Below, one piece after another: positions 48,395 through 57,663 of a stretch of 64,000 nucleotides of DNA. Location: IMG/VR virus record IMGVR_UViG_3300042298_003052, positions 75,449 to 139,448 of that record. One strand, given 5' to 3'. Position 1 is the stretch's first letter, and the number at the start of each line of letters is the position of its first letter. The stretch comes from a virus. Both the position numbers and the translations under genes were made by a program. A model generated the notes under the pieces. The model was not told where the DNA came from. It saw nothing but the letters and a program-made list of their open reading frames with translations, and did not search any database.

Positions 48395-48575
48395 CAAATA
48401 GGGTATACGATCGTCCTAGTTTGTTATCTTTTGTGGATCCAGTCAACAAACAATCGTGTTTCAACCATCGTGGATCAAAACAAGAGCGATCGCGTCCGGG
48501 TTGCCTGTAAACTGAACTTGACACTTCTGGTGAGATCGTTTAGAATAAAAGGAGATGAGTTAAAGGAATGCAATT

Positions 48576-48806
48576 ATGACCAATTTCATTGCAGAGCTGA
48601 CTTCTCCGGAACAAGCTCTAGAGTTAACCCAAGGTCGTCTAGTTATGGAAGTTTTTGAAGTATCGTTCTCACCAGAGAATGTGCTTACTGCGGCGGCTCT
48701 GCTAATTGAAAAAGAAGACAATGCTAATCTAGTGAGTCAAGCGGGAGTAATCGCCCGTGCAGGCAAACATGGTTGGGGTATGGGAGACGTTTACCGTACC
48801 GTCTAG
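48576..48806 (+). CDS. hypothetical protein
   Basis: after the duplicated promoter. Confidence 0.6.
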   Translation: MTNFIAELTSPEQALELTQGRLVMEVFEVSFSPENVLTAAALLIEKEDNANLVSQAGVIARAGKHGWGMGDVYRTV

Positions 48807-48902
48807 CATCAGGTGGTTTACGTAGACTGTCTTGTATGGATAGTCTACGTAAACCATTTGTTAAAATATAAATTAAAACCAACGAATCAAAAGAGGATGG
48901 TC

Positions 48903-49391
48903 ATGAGTAAAGCGTATTATCTGGCAGCGATCGCTAGCTTCTGTAACATGGATAATGCTGCGTCAGAAGAGGAAATCACTCAATATATAAAGAAGTTGGA
49001 AGGTATAGACATTGAAATAACTGAAAAAGATGTTTTTCTATGGGCACCTGACATCAAAATGAGAGTGCGGTTATGGTTGTTACCCGAAATGTCTTTCGAT
49101 AACGTGGCAGACTCATTATCTTGGGGTTTTGATCGTGTTCAGAACTGTAGAGAATGGAATACACTGTTCTCGATGGAAGGAGGGGAGGTTCTGTATAGGA
49201 TCCGGAACGATGATACCGTAGAGATACTATATCCGTCTTGTACGGACCTGAGTGAAGAAGCGATCGTTTCTCTAATGTTAGAGAAGATCAATGATAGGTT
49301 ACAGTTTCATAAAGCTTCTGATGGCGAATATAAAATCGAAGAATTATCAGAACGTGAAAATGCTATTATTTTCCCAATTACCACTAAATAA
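48903..49391 (+). CDS. hypothetical protein
   Basis: GAGG RBS; upstream hairpin 48816-48856. Confidence 0.55.
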   Translation: MSKAYYLAAIASFCNMDNAASEEEITQYIKKLEGIDIEITEKDVFLWAPDIKMRVRLWLLPEMSFDNVADSLSWGFDRVQNCREWNTLFSMEGGEVLYRIRNDDTVEILYPSCTDLSEEAIVSLMLEKINDRLQFHKASDGEYKIEELSERENAIIFPITTK

Positions 49392-49394
49392 AAA

Positions 49395-49607
49395 ATGAAG
49401 AAGATAGCTTTGTTAGAACTTCCCAGCAACGATTATGATATAAACGTAGGTCAGATCGTGGTTGGAAGAATTTGGAAAGATGGAGACGTATATCGATACC
49501 AGATCTTCAAAACGGAGATCACAGAGTCGTATGCCCCTTCGCCTTTTATGAGTTTGATGGAGGCGATCGTAGCGGCTACTGACAAGATCCGGAGTCAACT
49601 GGGTTAA
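49395..49607 (+). CDS. hypothetical protein
   Basis: operon context. Confidence 0.5.
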   Translation: MKKIALLELPSNDYDINVGQIVVGRIWKDGDVYRYQIFKTEITESYAPSPFMSLMEAIVAATDKIRSQLG

Positions 49608-49609
49608 CC

Positions 49610-49837
49610 ATGGTGAAAAACGTTGCACTAGATCTTATAAAGAAACAATTTGTGTTGCGATTGTGTAAAGATCCTTTTACTGGTACAAGCGGCTATGGTA
49701 TCTTTGATGTGTACCAAACAGACGGTTTGATGAGTTCTGTCTATGTGAATAAAGAGGATGCGATCGAAGCTTTGAAAGAGTGGATAGAAGGTGTTTACGA
49801 TTGTTTACCCCCAGAGGAGAAAACCCATGAAAACTGA
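49610..49837 (+). CDS. hypothetical protein
   Basis: operon context. Confidence 0.5.
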   Translation: MVKNVALDLIKKQFVLRLCKDPFTGTSGYGIFDVYQTDGLMSSVYVNKEDAIEALKEWIEGVYDCLPPEEKTHEN

Positions 49838-50018
49838 TCAAGAGATTCTAGTCCGATTTGTAGAAGCATTGCTTTCAAATCCTAACGTCTGGGATCGAAA
49901 TCGATCTGATGAAAATCTAGACTATGTTTTAGCTACAGCGGTAGTAGCCGCCAATAAGGTTTTCTATATCCTAAGCGATCAAAATAAGATCGATGAAGAC
50001 GATATTTCATATCACTGA
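49827..50018 (+). CDS. hypothetical protein
   Basis: GAGGAG RBS before ATG 49827. Confidence 0.5.
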   Translation: MKTDQEILVRFVEALLSNPNVWDRNRSDENLDYVLATAVVAANKVFYILSDQNKIDEDDISYH

Positions 50019-50062
50019 ACGAAAAATAAATTCAATCCTAGAAATATATCAAGGAGAATACC

Positions 50063-50497
50063 ATGTCATCAAAACTAACAGACGAAATATATAAGTTACA
50101 AAAGACTAGGGAACAACTAGCTAACGATTGGAAATTTTGTATTTATGAAACTTATTTCATCAACTTTCAGGATATTGATCACAAAGATATGATAGCTGTC
50201 CTAAGTGGCGAAGTGGTTACATTGCAGCTTGACTTCGCTGGTGATACTTTTCATTTTTACAGTTCTCGTATCCAACCAGTCTCTACAAACACGTTAGAAG
50301 CCTATAGAAAAGACTACATACATACGTTTGTTCCATTCCATAAAAGTCAATTGGTTTACCGAGACGACTGTGGTGTATCTATACCACATTTGCTTTATAA
50401 CGATCTTTGGTCGGTAGATCTATTTTTATACGATAGCAATCGTAAACAAATCACTGACATACCGCTACACTTTCTGCAAAAACTTGGATTACGCTAA
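50063..50497 (+). CDS. hypothetical protein
   Basis: AAGGAG RBS. Confidence 0.6.
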   Translation: MSSKLTDEIYKLQKTREQLANDWKFCIYETYFINFQDIDHKDMIAVLSGEVVTLQLDFAGDTFHFYSSRIQPVSTNTLEAYRKDYIHTFVPFHKSQLVYRDDCGVSIPHLLYNDLWSVDLFLYDSNRKQITDIPLHFLQKLGLR

Positions 50498-50635
50498 ATA
50501 TCAACGTTGGCAAAAGCAACACCTTTCCGAATAGTCTATATACCTAATATCTCCAGCAAGAACGATCGCCGTTCATAATAAGGGCGATCGTTATTGTTTT
50601 TTTAATCTTTTTGAAAAAAATCGTGGAAAAAATAG

Positions 50636-50676
50636 TGTCTACATAGGTTGACAATTAAAAGTAAGTCGATTAGAAT
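50636..50676 (+). promoter_or_regulatory. sigma70 promoter with TGTCTA-N6-TTGACA
   Basis: TTGACA-17-TAGAAT. Confidence 0.75.
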
Positions 50677-50705
50677 AGGATCAAGTTAGAAAAAGGAAAT
50701 TTCTT

Positions 50706-51776
50706 ATGACTCACGAATTTGATTCTGGTTTCTTCTATCAAAAGCCTGCGTGGCATCGTCTAGGAAATGTCGTAACTGACATGTTAACCACGGGTGAAGC
50801 GATCGTTGCGGCAGGTATGAATTGGGAAGTACTTGAAGTTCCGATTTTCGCTAATTCAAATATACTACTAGACGGGACGATCGCTCCCTGGCTTGTTGAT
50901 CCTGGTATTCATACGATCCCAGATAAAAAAGCGCTGATCCGAAGCGATACAGGGAAAACGCTTCATGTATGCAACAGATCATGGACAGTTTTACAGAATA
51001 AGGAAGCATTCAACTGGTTCGACCCTCTGATTCAGGACGGCGACGTTTATTTAGACGCTGCCGTGTCTTTACAAGAGGGTAAACGTATCGCTATTACTGC
51101 CAAGATCAAAGACGGTATTGGTTCTGTTTTACCAGGTGATGATGTAGAATTGTATGTTGTTCTGTATAACTCCCACGATGGTACACTGCAAGTTGGTATG
51201 ATGTTCAGTACTATTCGAGTTGTGTGTGCGAACACCCTTGGTGCGGCGATCTCTGATCGTAAACGAAAAGGCGATTATGCCCAATTCGAGAAGGGTGATG
51301 ACCTTGCCGTTACAGCGAAGTCTGTGAGGGCAAAGCACACTAAAAACCTTCATCAAAACATGAACTTGGTACAGGGTAAGATCGATATCGCTAGACGCGA
51401 TTTTAATTTAACCTTGGAACAATACCGTAACATGGCGAAGACCCCGATGAATGAAGCCTTGTTCCGGGAATATCTCTGTCGGGTATATGATTACGATGTC
51501 GAGATGAAGCCCAACGCACAGGGCAAGACGATCAAAGATATGAGAGGATACAATCAGATTCTCAAGAATTTTGAGGCTGGAGTTGGTATCGACATCAAGG
51601 GTGTGGAAGGGACATTATGGCAAGGTTATCAAGCGGTCACCGAGTATATCACTCACGCTAAGGATAATTCAGCATTGGACGATCAAAGAAAACGCCTTAA
51701 CCAGCTTCTCTTTGGTACTGCTGCTGATTTAACTCAAAGGGCTCATAACGTGGCCGTAGAGATGATCGCTCGATAG
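50706..51776 (+). CDS. DUF932/DUF945 phage-plasmid protein (TIGR03299-like)
   Basis: PAWHRLG, LQNKEAF, NSHDG, IRVVCANTL, KHT, GTLWQGYQAVTEY. Confidence 0.88.
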   Translation: MTHEFDSGFFYQKPAWHRLGNVVTDMLTTGEAIVAAGMNWEVLEVPIFANSNILLDGTIAPWLVDPGIHTIPDKKALIRSDTGKTLHVCNRSWTVLQNKEAFNWFDPLIQDGDVYLDAAVSLQEGKRIAITAKIKDGIGSVLPGDDVELYVVLYNSHDGTLQVGMMFSTIRVVCANTLGAAISDRKRKGDYAQFEKGDDLAVTAKSVRAKHTKNLHQNMNLVQGKIDIARRDFNLTLEQYRNMAKTPMNEALFREYLCRVYDYDVEMKPNAQGKTIKDMRGYNQILKNFEAGVGIDIKGVEGTLWQGYQAVTEYITHAKDNSALDDQRKRLNQLLFGTAADLTQRAHNVAVEMIAR

Positions 51777-51854
51777 TTGACTTATCACGGTCTCTCTAGC
51801 ATTAATCGACCAGAGAGACCGTGATATAATGAATAAAACAAATGGAGCAAAATT

Positions 51855-52394
51855 ATGAAAACCATCGAAGAACTAAGAAAGTCTTTTGGCTTTAAGGTTC
51901 AGTATACTGAACTTCAAGTAAAAGACTTTCTTAGAAAAAACATTGCGGGCTTAATTGATTGGGATGTACCTCTATCCGTTGGTTACAACCTCCAACGAGA
52001 TTATGTATGGAATCCTCTTCAGAAAGAGGAACTGATATGGTCGATCCTTCTAGACCGACCTGTACCAAACATTTCTGTTGTTTCTGTATATAAAGATACG
52101 GGTATTTTATATCAAATCATTGATGGCAAGCAACGGTTATCAACTGTGATTGATTTTATACAAGAAGGGTTTCCTATTCACATTGATGGAGAAACTTCTT
52201 TCTGGGGTACCCTACCAGAGGATTATAAAAGCGTCATATTATCTTTCTTTTTAGGAGTTAATGTTCTTTCTGATCCCATTGATAATCCCATGTCAGACCA
52301 AGATAAGATAAAGTGGTTCACATTGCTTAACTTCGCAGGTACTAAACAGGATCTAGAACATAAGCTTAAGTTACAGCAGTCTTTTTCTCTTTAG
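51855..52394 (+). CDS. stand-alone DUF262 (ParB/Srx-like) protein
   Basis: LQRDYVW...LIWSIL...IIDGKQRLST...F.LLN.AG. Confidence 0.85.
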   Translation: MKTIEELRKSFGFKVQYTELQVKDFLRKNIAGLIDWDVPLSVGYNLQRDYVWNPLQKEELIWSILLDRPVPNISVVSVYKDTGILYQIIDGKQRLSTVIDFIQEGFPIHIDGETSFWGTLPEDYKSVILSFFLGVNVLSDPIDNPMSDQDKIKWFTLLNFAGTKQDLEHKLKLQQSFSL

Positions 52395-52435
52395 TTACGA
52401 CTTGATTCCCTTTGTCAAACTTTAGGAGCTAACCT

Positions 52436-52891
52436 ATGATTACGACTTCGTTTATTATCCTCAAGTATGCCTTGACGACCGGGCCTTTTATCGTAGGATC
52501 TGACTCTGACTATGATAAAGTTGAGTGCGGCACACATGATCAGAAGACCCATGATCTAATTCCATACGATGACAACTATTTGGATTACGACTGGGATGCT
52601 TCGCAAAAAGAAACTTTAGTACTTTCCAAATCTTCTCATCTTACTTTTTACCATAATACTAACCTAAAATCTCTTGAGTTTGTTCCTAATACTCCATTAG
52701 GTCGGGGCCTAGCTATGAACTATATTACGTTCATAGAACAGAAAAAGCTGGCTTCCATGGCTAAGCAGTTAATTATAGAAGGAGAACCTTTCGAGTTTCC
52801 TTGGGGTGTTGGCATTAAAAAAGCTCAAAACGCTAAACGCTTTATTATTAATGCTGGCAATGGCACTGTAGCTCCAGAGTTACAAGACTAA
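52436..52891 (+). CDS. hypothetical protein
   Basis: AGGAG RBS. Confidence 0.55.
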   Translation: MITTSFIILKYALTTGPFIVGSDSDYDKVECGTHDQKTHDLIPYDDNYLDYDWDASQKETLVLSKSSHLTFYHNTNLKSLEFVPNTPLGRGLAMNYITFIEQKKLASMAKQLIIEGEPFEFPWGVGIKKAQNAKRFIINAGNGTVAPELQD

Positions 52892-52952
52892 TCGTCGATA
52901 TGCCGGGGCTATATTGAAGGTATGAAACAAACCACTTACGGAGGACCGACCG

Positions 52953-53252
52953 ATGTCTGCTAATAAATCCACTCTAATCGAATACCTGACCGATAGCGTC
53001 AGCTATGACAGTAGCTGGGCCATTTACGCAGAAAGGGTTGAGGGCAAGTGGAAGCCCGAAAGCTTTGCCCGGTTTGGTCAGTGCATATATGAAAACGGGG
53101 GGCTGATGGATGACTGTGAGTTGTTTAGAACCAACGAAAGTATTGTAAATGCCCGCGAAGCCTACACCGAAGGCGACGATGAGTTCATTCAAGAGTGGGC
53201 AGAGCACTACATTGAAGAAATGAACGAGGCTTACCATCGTTTAGGGTTATAA
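52953..53252 (+). CDS. acidic hypothetical protein
   Basis: GGAGG RBS. Confidence 0.6.
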   Translation: MSANKSTLIEYLTDSVSYDSSWAIYAERVEGKWKPESFARFGQCIYENGGLMDDCELFRTNESIVNAREAYTEGDDEFIQEWAEHYIEEMNEAYHRLGL

Positions 53253-53438
53253 AAAATTAACACTTTAAGGAGATCCTAATGACATTACCTCTTGTAATTT
53301 GTCCCATCTGTGATAAGGTCGTCGAAAAATGTGAACATTTTAATCGTGAGGAAGAAGACTATGATCCCCCTAGCGATTTACCTTTGATACTTGAAGATGT
53401 TGATGAAGAGTAACAACATATTTACTATTCTAACCACC

Positions 53439-53705
53439 ATGATATTACCTACAAAAGATCAATGCCGAGAATGGTTTAAAACGAAATGTTGGGACGCCTA
53501 TGATCGATATGATACTGATGTAATAACACTTAATCAAATGATTGAAACATTTTACTTGGAACATCCAGAGACTAAAGAATGGATGAAACGTCGCGATCAT
53601 TGGATCTGGAAAATATCTCTAGATGTAGAAGAAATAAGGTGGCTTGTTAAAAAGGGATATCTAGATTTACAAGGGGTATCTAAGCTTACCATGGATAAAC
53701 AATAA
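53439..53705 (+). CDS. hypothetical protein
   Basis: ATG at 53439. Confidence 0.5.
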   Translation: MILPTKDQCREWFKTKCWDAYDRYDTDVITLNQMIETFYLEHPETKEWMKRRDHWIWKISLDVEEIRWLVKKGYLDLQGVSKLTMDKQ

Positions 53706-53714
53706 GGTGGTATC

Positions 53715-54017
53715 ATGAAAAGACTATGCCTTCAAGAAGTTAATTGTTGTTTTGGCTGTCCCAACTATTCAGATCTAGATCGACAATGCCAAGCAGAACC
53801 AAAGCCTATTAAGATTCCTACTGACTTTGATGTTTCCCAATACGTATTCAATCATTGCCCGTTACCTGATTTTGATATTATTGAAATTTTGGGTAACCCA
53901 AATCCTTCATTCTGGGTGGCCAAAGGAAAACGAAGATTAACCAAAAAACAGCAAAATGCTTTGGCACACTTGAAGCACATTGCCCAACTTCTAAAAGCTG
54001 AAAACGCCGGAAGTTAA
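53715..54017 (+). CDS. Cys-rich hypothetical protein
   Basis: CxxC...C...CPLPD. Confidence 0.55.
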   Translation: MKRLCLQEVNCCFGCPNYSDLDRQCQAEPKPIKIPTDFDVSQYVFNHCPLPDFDIIEILGNPNPSFWVAKGKRRLTKKQQNALAHLKHIAQLLKAENAGS

Positions 54018-54021
54018 AACC

Positions 54022-54273
54022 ATGAAACGCATAACCATAACATCGAAAGACGAAAAGTTGACTTTCCCACAAATGTCGAAAGCGGCTGATATGTCCGTGA
54101 AATATTGGGAAAGCGAAACGGCTAAAGGCGAGTATTGGTGTCCTGGTGATATTTTAATTCTAGAGATTCAAAACGGTCCTAATGATGGAATGACGATCGC
54201 CACCAGTACTTGCCGAACTAAATCGGGCTATTGTGTCGCATGTTGGATTCCAATCAGCGATCGTCAAAGATAG
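54022..54273 (+). CDS. hypothetical protein
   Basis: operon context. Confidence 0.5.
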   Translation: MKRITITSKDEKLTFPQMSKAADMSVKYWESETAKGEYWCPGDILILEIQNGPNDGMTIATSTCRTKSGYCVACWIPISDRQR

Positions 54274-54757
54274 TACCGCGTTGCAACTGTTTCAAATCTT
54301 GCACAACATCACTAGCCTTTTTTACGTTATCTTTAAGTGGTATATCAAATACCGGAACGATCGCTCCTGTAACTGATATATTTTGGTTATTAAATAGCGA
54401 TCTTATCCTTTGGGCGCATAACATAGCATCTTTAAGAGGAGCAATTATAACGAACTCATCACCACTATACCAACGAGCTATAAGTTCATCCTTACGAACG
54501 TTAGAAAAAACTTTTTGAATGCGATCATCCACTTCTGAATAACCTAACGTACTATTCAGAATTTTCATATTGTCAATATCGAAAAAAATAATAGCTTTAC
54601 TCGGATCATATTTCCAACTGTTCTCGAACTGAGAACGTACCATTACCCCAAACGTAGGACAATAAGAAAGTTTACAGATACGTTTGTTGGCAATCACTAT
54701 TTTGTATAGTAAGACTATATTCGATAAACAAAGGAGACTTACAACGATGTTAACCAT
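54254..54757 (-). CDS. GGDEF-domain protein (diguanylate cyclase-like) with N-terminal TM
   Basis: IIFFDIDNMKILNSTLGYSEVDDRI...VRKDELIARWYSGDEFVII. Confidence 0.82.
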   Translation of the reverse strand: MVNIVVSLLCLSNIVLLYKIVIANKRICKLSYCPTFGVMVRSQFENSWKYDPSKAIIFFDIDNMKILNSTLGYSEVDDRIQKVFSNVRKDELIARWYSGDEFVIIAPLKDAMLCAQRIRSLFNNQNISVTGAIVPVFDIPLKDNVKKASDVVQDLKQLQRGTIFDDR

Positions 54758-54953
54758 ACAGAATAATTATAATAATGACTTTAGACACGCCGCTAAACAT
54801 GGTATTATGATTAAATACGATCGCAGTGACAAATCGACTCTATATAGAGAAATTGCTAAACATCTCAACCAAGGAGAATATCCAGATGTAGTAGATAGTG
54901 AATTAATCACTTGGATATGCGATCGCAATGCTCAATTAGCTGAAAGGATGTAA
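54747..54953 (+). CDS. hypothetical protein
   Basis: AAGGAG RBS before ATG 54747. Confidence 0.45.
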   Translation: MLTIQNNYNNDFRHAAKHGIMIKYDRSDKSTLYREIAKHLNQGEYPDVVDSELITWICDRNAQLAERM

Positions 54954-54956
54954 ATA

Positions 54957-55355
54957 ATGAATAACGTAACTACAAACTTTTTGGTAGCTCTCAAAGAATC
55001 CGTCGAACTTTTCAATCGATGGCGGGTTAGCGATCCTGATTATGTGTTAGACCTTTCTGAATGCGATCTATCGGATACACGTCTGGTAGGTGTAGATTTT
55101 AGAAATACGATCTTACGAGATGCCAACTTGGAGAACACTGATCTTCGTGCATCTATCCTAGATAGTGCCGATTTGTCAGGTGCTAATCTTACCGATGCTA
55201 GTCTTGTAGGTGCTAGTATGATAGGTGTTAATCTATCAGAAGCCAATCTTACAGGTGCCGATTTTTCTTGTTGCGATCTTACAGATGCCGATTTGTCAGG
55301 CGCTTGTATGAACGATACGAGGTTCGTCTGTATTAAAGACGGAACAGTAAGATAA
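54957..55355 (+). CDS. pentapeptide repeat protein
   Basis: FNRWR...DLS followed by A(D/N)Lxx repeats. Confidence 0.9.
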   Translation: MNNVTTNFLVALKESVELFNRWRVSDPDYVLDLSECDLSDTRLVGVDFRNTILRDANLENTDLRASILDSADLSGANLTDASLVGASMIGVNLSEANLTGADFSCCDLTDADLSGACMNDTRFVCIKDGTVR

Positions 55356-55358
55356 GAC

Positions 55359-55387
55359 TTGACACAAGTGTAACCCGTTGTTAACAT
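55359..55387 (+). promoter_or_regulatory. sigma70 promoter
   Basis: TTGACA-17-TAACAT. Confidence 0.6.
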
Positions 55388-55412
55388 ATTAGAAAAAGGA
55401 GAAAGAGAAACC

Positions 55413-55637
55413 ATGAAAAATCCTTACAACACCTTGGATTTACAGATCGCCACCGTTACTCATTATTTTAATGGTGGACATCCCGTAGGCACTAAGATCT
55501 TAATCGACAGTGAATCTGGCTCGACTGTCGCTGTGTTAGGTGTGATAAGCGATGAGATTGCGATCGACTTTGTGATCCCAGCTCTTAGAGAAGCTTGGAA
55601 TCAAGGTTTTGATGCTCGTTACAAGCAAGAGCGGTGA
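55413..55637 (+). CDS. hypothetical protein (possible paralog of 56044)
   Basis: MKNP.N start and L...W..G tail. Confidence 0.55.
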   Translation: MKNPYNTLDLQIATVTHYFNGGHPVGTKILIDSESGSTVAVLGVISDEIAIDFVIPALREAWNQGFDARYKQER

Positions 55638-55680
55638 GAAACTGTTTGGGGTGTACCATAGTAAATAAGGAGAATAACAA

Positions 55681-56031
55681 ATGCGTCAAAACGTCATTAT
55701 CATAGTGGTTGAGAACAGTCTTCCTTATCTTACATTTGATGATTGTTGTCTATACCGTGCAGAAGGCTCTAATCCTTTTGTGGAATACACTCCTACGGAC
55801 TCTGAGTACGAGCAAGGTGTATTCTGTGGGAAAGCGTACTCCGAGTACTATAATCGCTGGTATGAAAAAGACGTGTTTTTCGCCAACGATCAAGGTGTGA
55901 TCAGGGCCAAAAATGCTATTGTAGAAAAAACGGCTTTTCTGCAATTATTATTAAAAGAAGAATTTGATGAGCGATCGAAGAAGTTGAAAGAAGGGAAAGA
56001 AAGAGCTCTTTACAAATTAGGATACATCTAA
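55681..56031 (+). CDS. hypothetical protein
   Basis: AAGGAG RBS. Confidence 0.55.
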   Translation: MRQNVIIIVVENSLPYLTFDDCCLYRAEGSNPFVEYTPTDSEYEQGVFCGKAYSEYYNRWYEKDVFFANDQGVIRAKNAIVEKTAFLQLLLKEEFDERSKKLKEGKERALYKLGYI

Positions 56032-56043
56032 GAGATACTACCC

Positions 56044-56265
56044 ATGAAAAACCCTTTTAATGGTCAACTAAGAGTAGTTGATGGAAGTGAAGTCAATATA
56101 CCGATAACAGTGCCAGTCGTTCTAAACGAACTTGATCATGTTGTTTGTACATTCCCCACTGGTTGGAGTGAAGAAGATGTGTCATATTCATTGAGAATGC
56201 TAAAACAGGTGTGGGAGAGTGGATACATTCATGGTTGGAACGAAGCTAGTAACCCTCTCGTTTAA
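56044..56265 (+). CDS. hypothetical protein
   Basis: see 55413. Confidence 0.55.
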   Translation: MKNPFNGQLRVVDGSEVNIPITVPVVLNELDHVVCTFPTGWSEEDVSYSLRMLKQVWESGYIHGWNEASNPLV

Positions 56266-56301
56266 GTAGATCGCGATCGTTTTTAGAATAAGGAAAAAAT
56301 A

Positions 56302-56820
56302 ATGAGATATGTCACCGGAAACGAATTAATGACACTTTTTAGGAAAGGAGTTCCTATTGTTGTCGAGGTGAGCCCTGAGAAAATTCAAGTCGATGACGAT
56401 TTGCATCATAATGGTTTATGTTATCACACAGATCTTAGTCCAGGTATGAGAGCTGAAGTGGTAGACGTTAGGCCATTTGAACCTCCTGATGCTGACATCT
56501 TAGAAGTCGTTTTGGATTTTCTTAATTACGAATCTTATAACAGGAGGTTTGATCTTCCAAATCACGTAGAGACAGATCGTGATCACAAACATTTAGACTT
56601 GAAATGGTGTGAAACCAAAAGATATCCTAAAAAGGTATATAATGGTTATACAATCGTAAGAAACACTATCTATGTAAATATGGGTGACATTTACGAGATC
56701 GGACTGTTGGAAGATCGCGCTCAAGAGTTATATCAAAAATTCTTGGAGTCCGATCATCCAAATTATACACAGTGGTTAGAGGGATTAGTTAACCAGTTAA
56801 AAGAAGGAGAACCAAAATGA
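56302..56820 (+). CDS. hypothetical protein
   Basis: AAGGA RBS. Confidence 0.6.
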   Translation: MRYVTGNELMTLFRKGVPIVVEVSPEKIQVDDDLHHNGLCYHTDLSPGMRAEVVDVRPFEPPDADILEVVLDFLNYESYNRRFDLPNHVETDRDHKHLDLKWCETKRYPKKVYNGYTIVRNTIYVNMGDIYEIGLLEDRAQELYQKFLESDHPNYTQWLEGLVNQLKEGEPK

Positions 56821-57050
56821 TCGCACCTAAAAGCCTGATGAATACACCACTTAAGCATTTGACCGATACCGAACTTTTTCTCATTGATATTGAGGACGAT
56901 CGCTATAGTACTGAATTCATTGACGCATGGCGGGAAGAGGTACTAAAACGGAACGATTGGATATTCTATATGCCCGATTGTTATTTCTTTGCTAAACCCA
57001 CATTGGTTATATATAGCGGATTTAGTACCATTTCGGTAAACTATCAATAG
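56817..57050 (+). CDS. hypothetical protein
   Basis: ATGA overlap. Confidence 0.5.
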   Translation: MIAPKSLMNTPLKHLTDTELFLIDIEDDRYSTEFIDAWREEVLKRNDWIFYMPDCYFFAKPTLVIYSGFSTISVNYQ

Positions 57051-57081
57051 CTACGTATGATTGTCGAAGACGAAATAGTTC

Positions 57082-57378
57082 ATGCTCCAAAGGACACTGG
57101 ATATACAAACGAGGAAAAACATTGATATGGATTGGAGTGGTTCTACATGGTACGCAAAGCTACCACCGAATCTGAAGAAATACTATGAGGACATAGACGA
57201 AGAAGAAGAGAAGGAGGAATACCAATACGATCGCGAAAAAGGAATAGCTTTGTTGTGGGAGGAAATAGAATATCTGTATGACCTATTAAGGGAAGCTAAT
57301 ATACCAGTAAAAACTTGGCAAGAGCGATCTGAAGAATCTAAAACACAAGAATTTGAGGAGAATCCATGGAAGAATTGA
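57082..57378 (+). CDS. acidic hypothetical protein (start possibly 57127)
   Basis: operon context. Confidence 0.5.
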   Translation: MLQRTLDIQTRKNIDMDWSGSTWYAKLPPNLKKYYEDIDEEEEKEEYQYDREKGIALLWEEIEYLYDLLREANIPVKTWQERSEESKTQEFEENPWKN

Positions 57379-57590
57379 CACAAAGAGAAGCTGAGATATT
57401 CCAAATGATCGCAACTGTAACGACCGATGGTGATAGAGATTATGGTTTGACCAATAATAAGATCGCTGAACGATTAGGTGTATCTAAACGAACAGTTGAT
57501 ACGCATGTACAGAATATAAAAGATAAATTGGGTGTAGATAATAGAATAGCGTTAGTAACCATGTTTGTTCGTAATGGAGGATCTTTATGA
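57366..57590 (+). CDS. stand-alone LuxR/GerE HTH regulator
   Basis: LTQREAEI...GLTNNKIAERLGVSKRTVDTHVQNIKDKLGVDNR. Confidence 0.9.
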   Translation: MEELTQREAEIFQMIATVTTDGDRDYGLTNNKIAERLGVSKRTVDTHVQNIKDKLGVDNRIALVTMFVRNGGSL

Positions 57591-57663
57591 TCATTTTATT
57601 AATATGTTGATAAACTTTTAGAAGACTCTTGGTACTTTTGTAAACCATTTTGGAGAAAATACC

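Larger units (their letters stand above)
47110..48579 (+). repeat. duplicated ~170-bp promoter/RBS cassette
   Basis: 47110-47280 vs 48409-48579; each has TGTAAA-N6-TTGACA-17-TAGAAT and an AAAGGA RBS. Confidence 0.9.

Noticed and set aside
55040-55414. Antisense ORF with repeats
   Set aside because: Shadow of the pentapeptide-repeat gene
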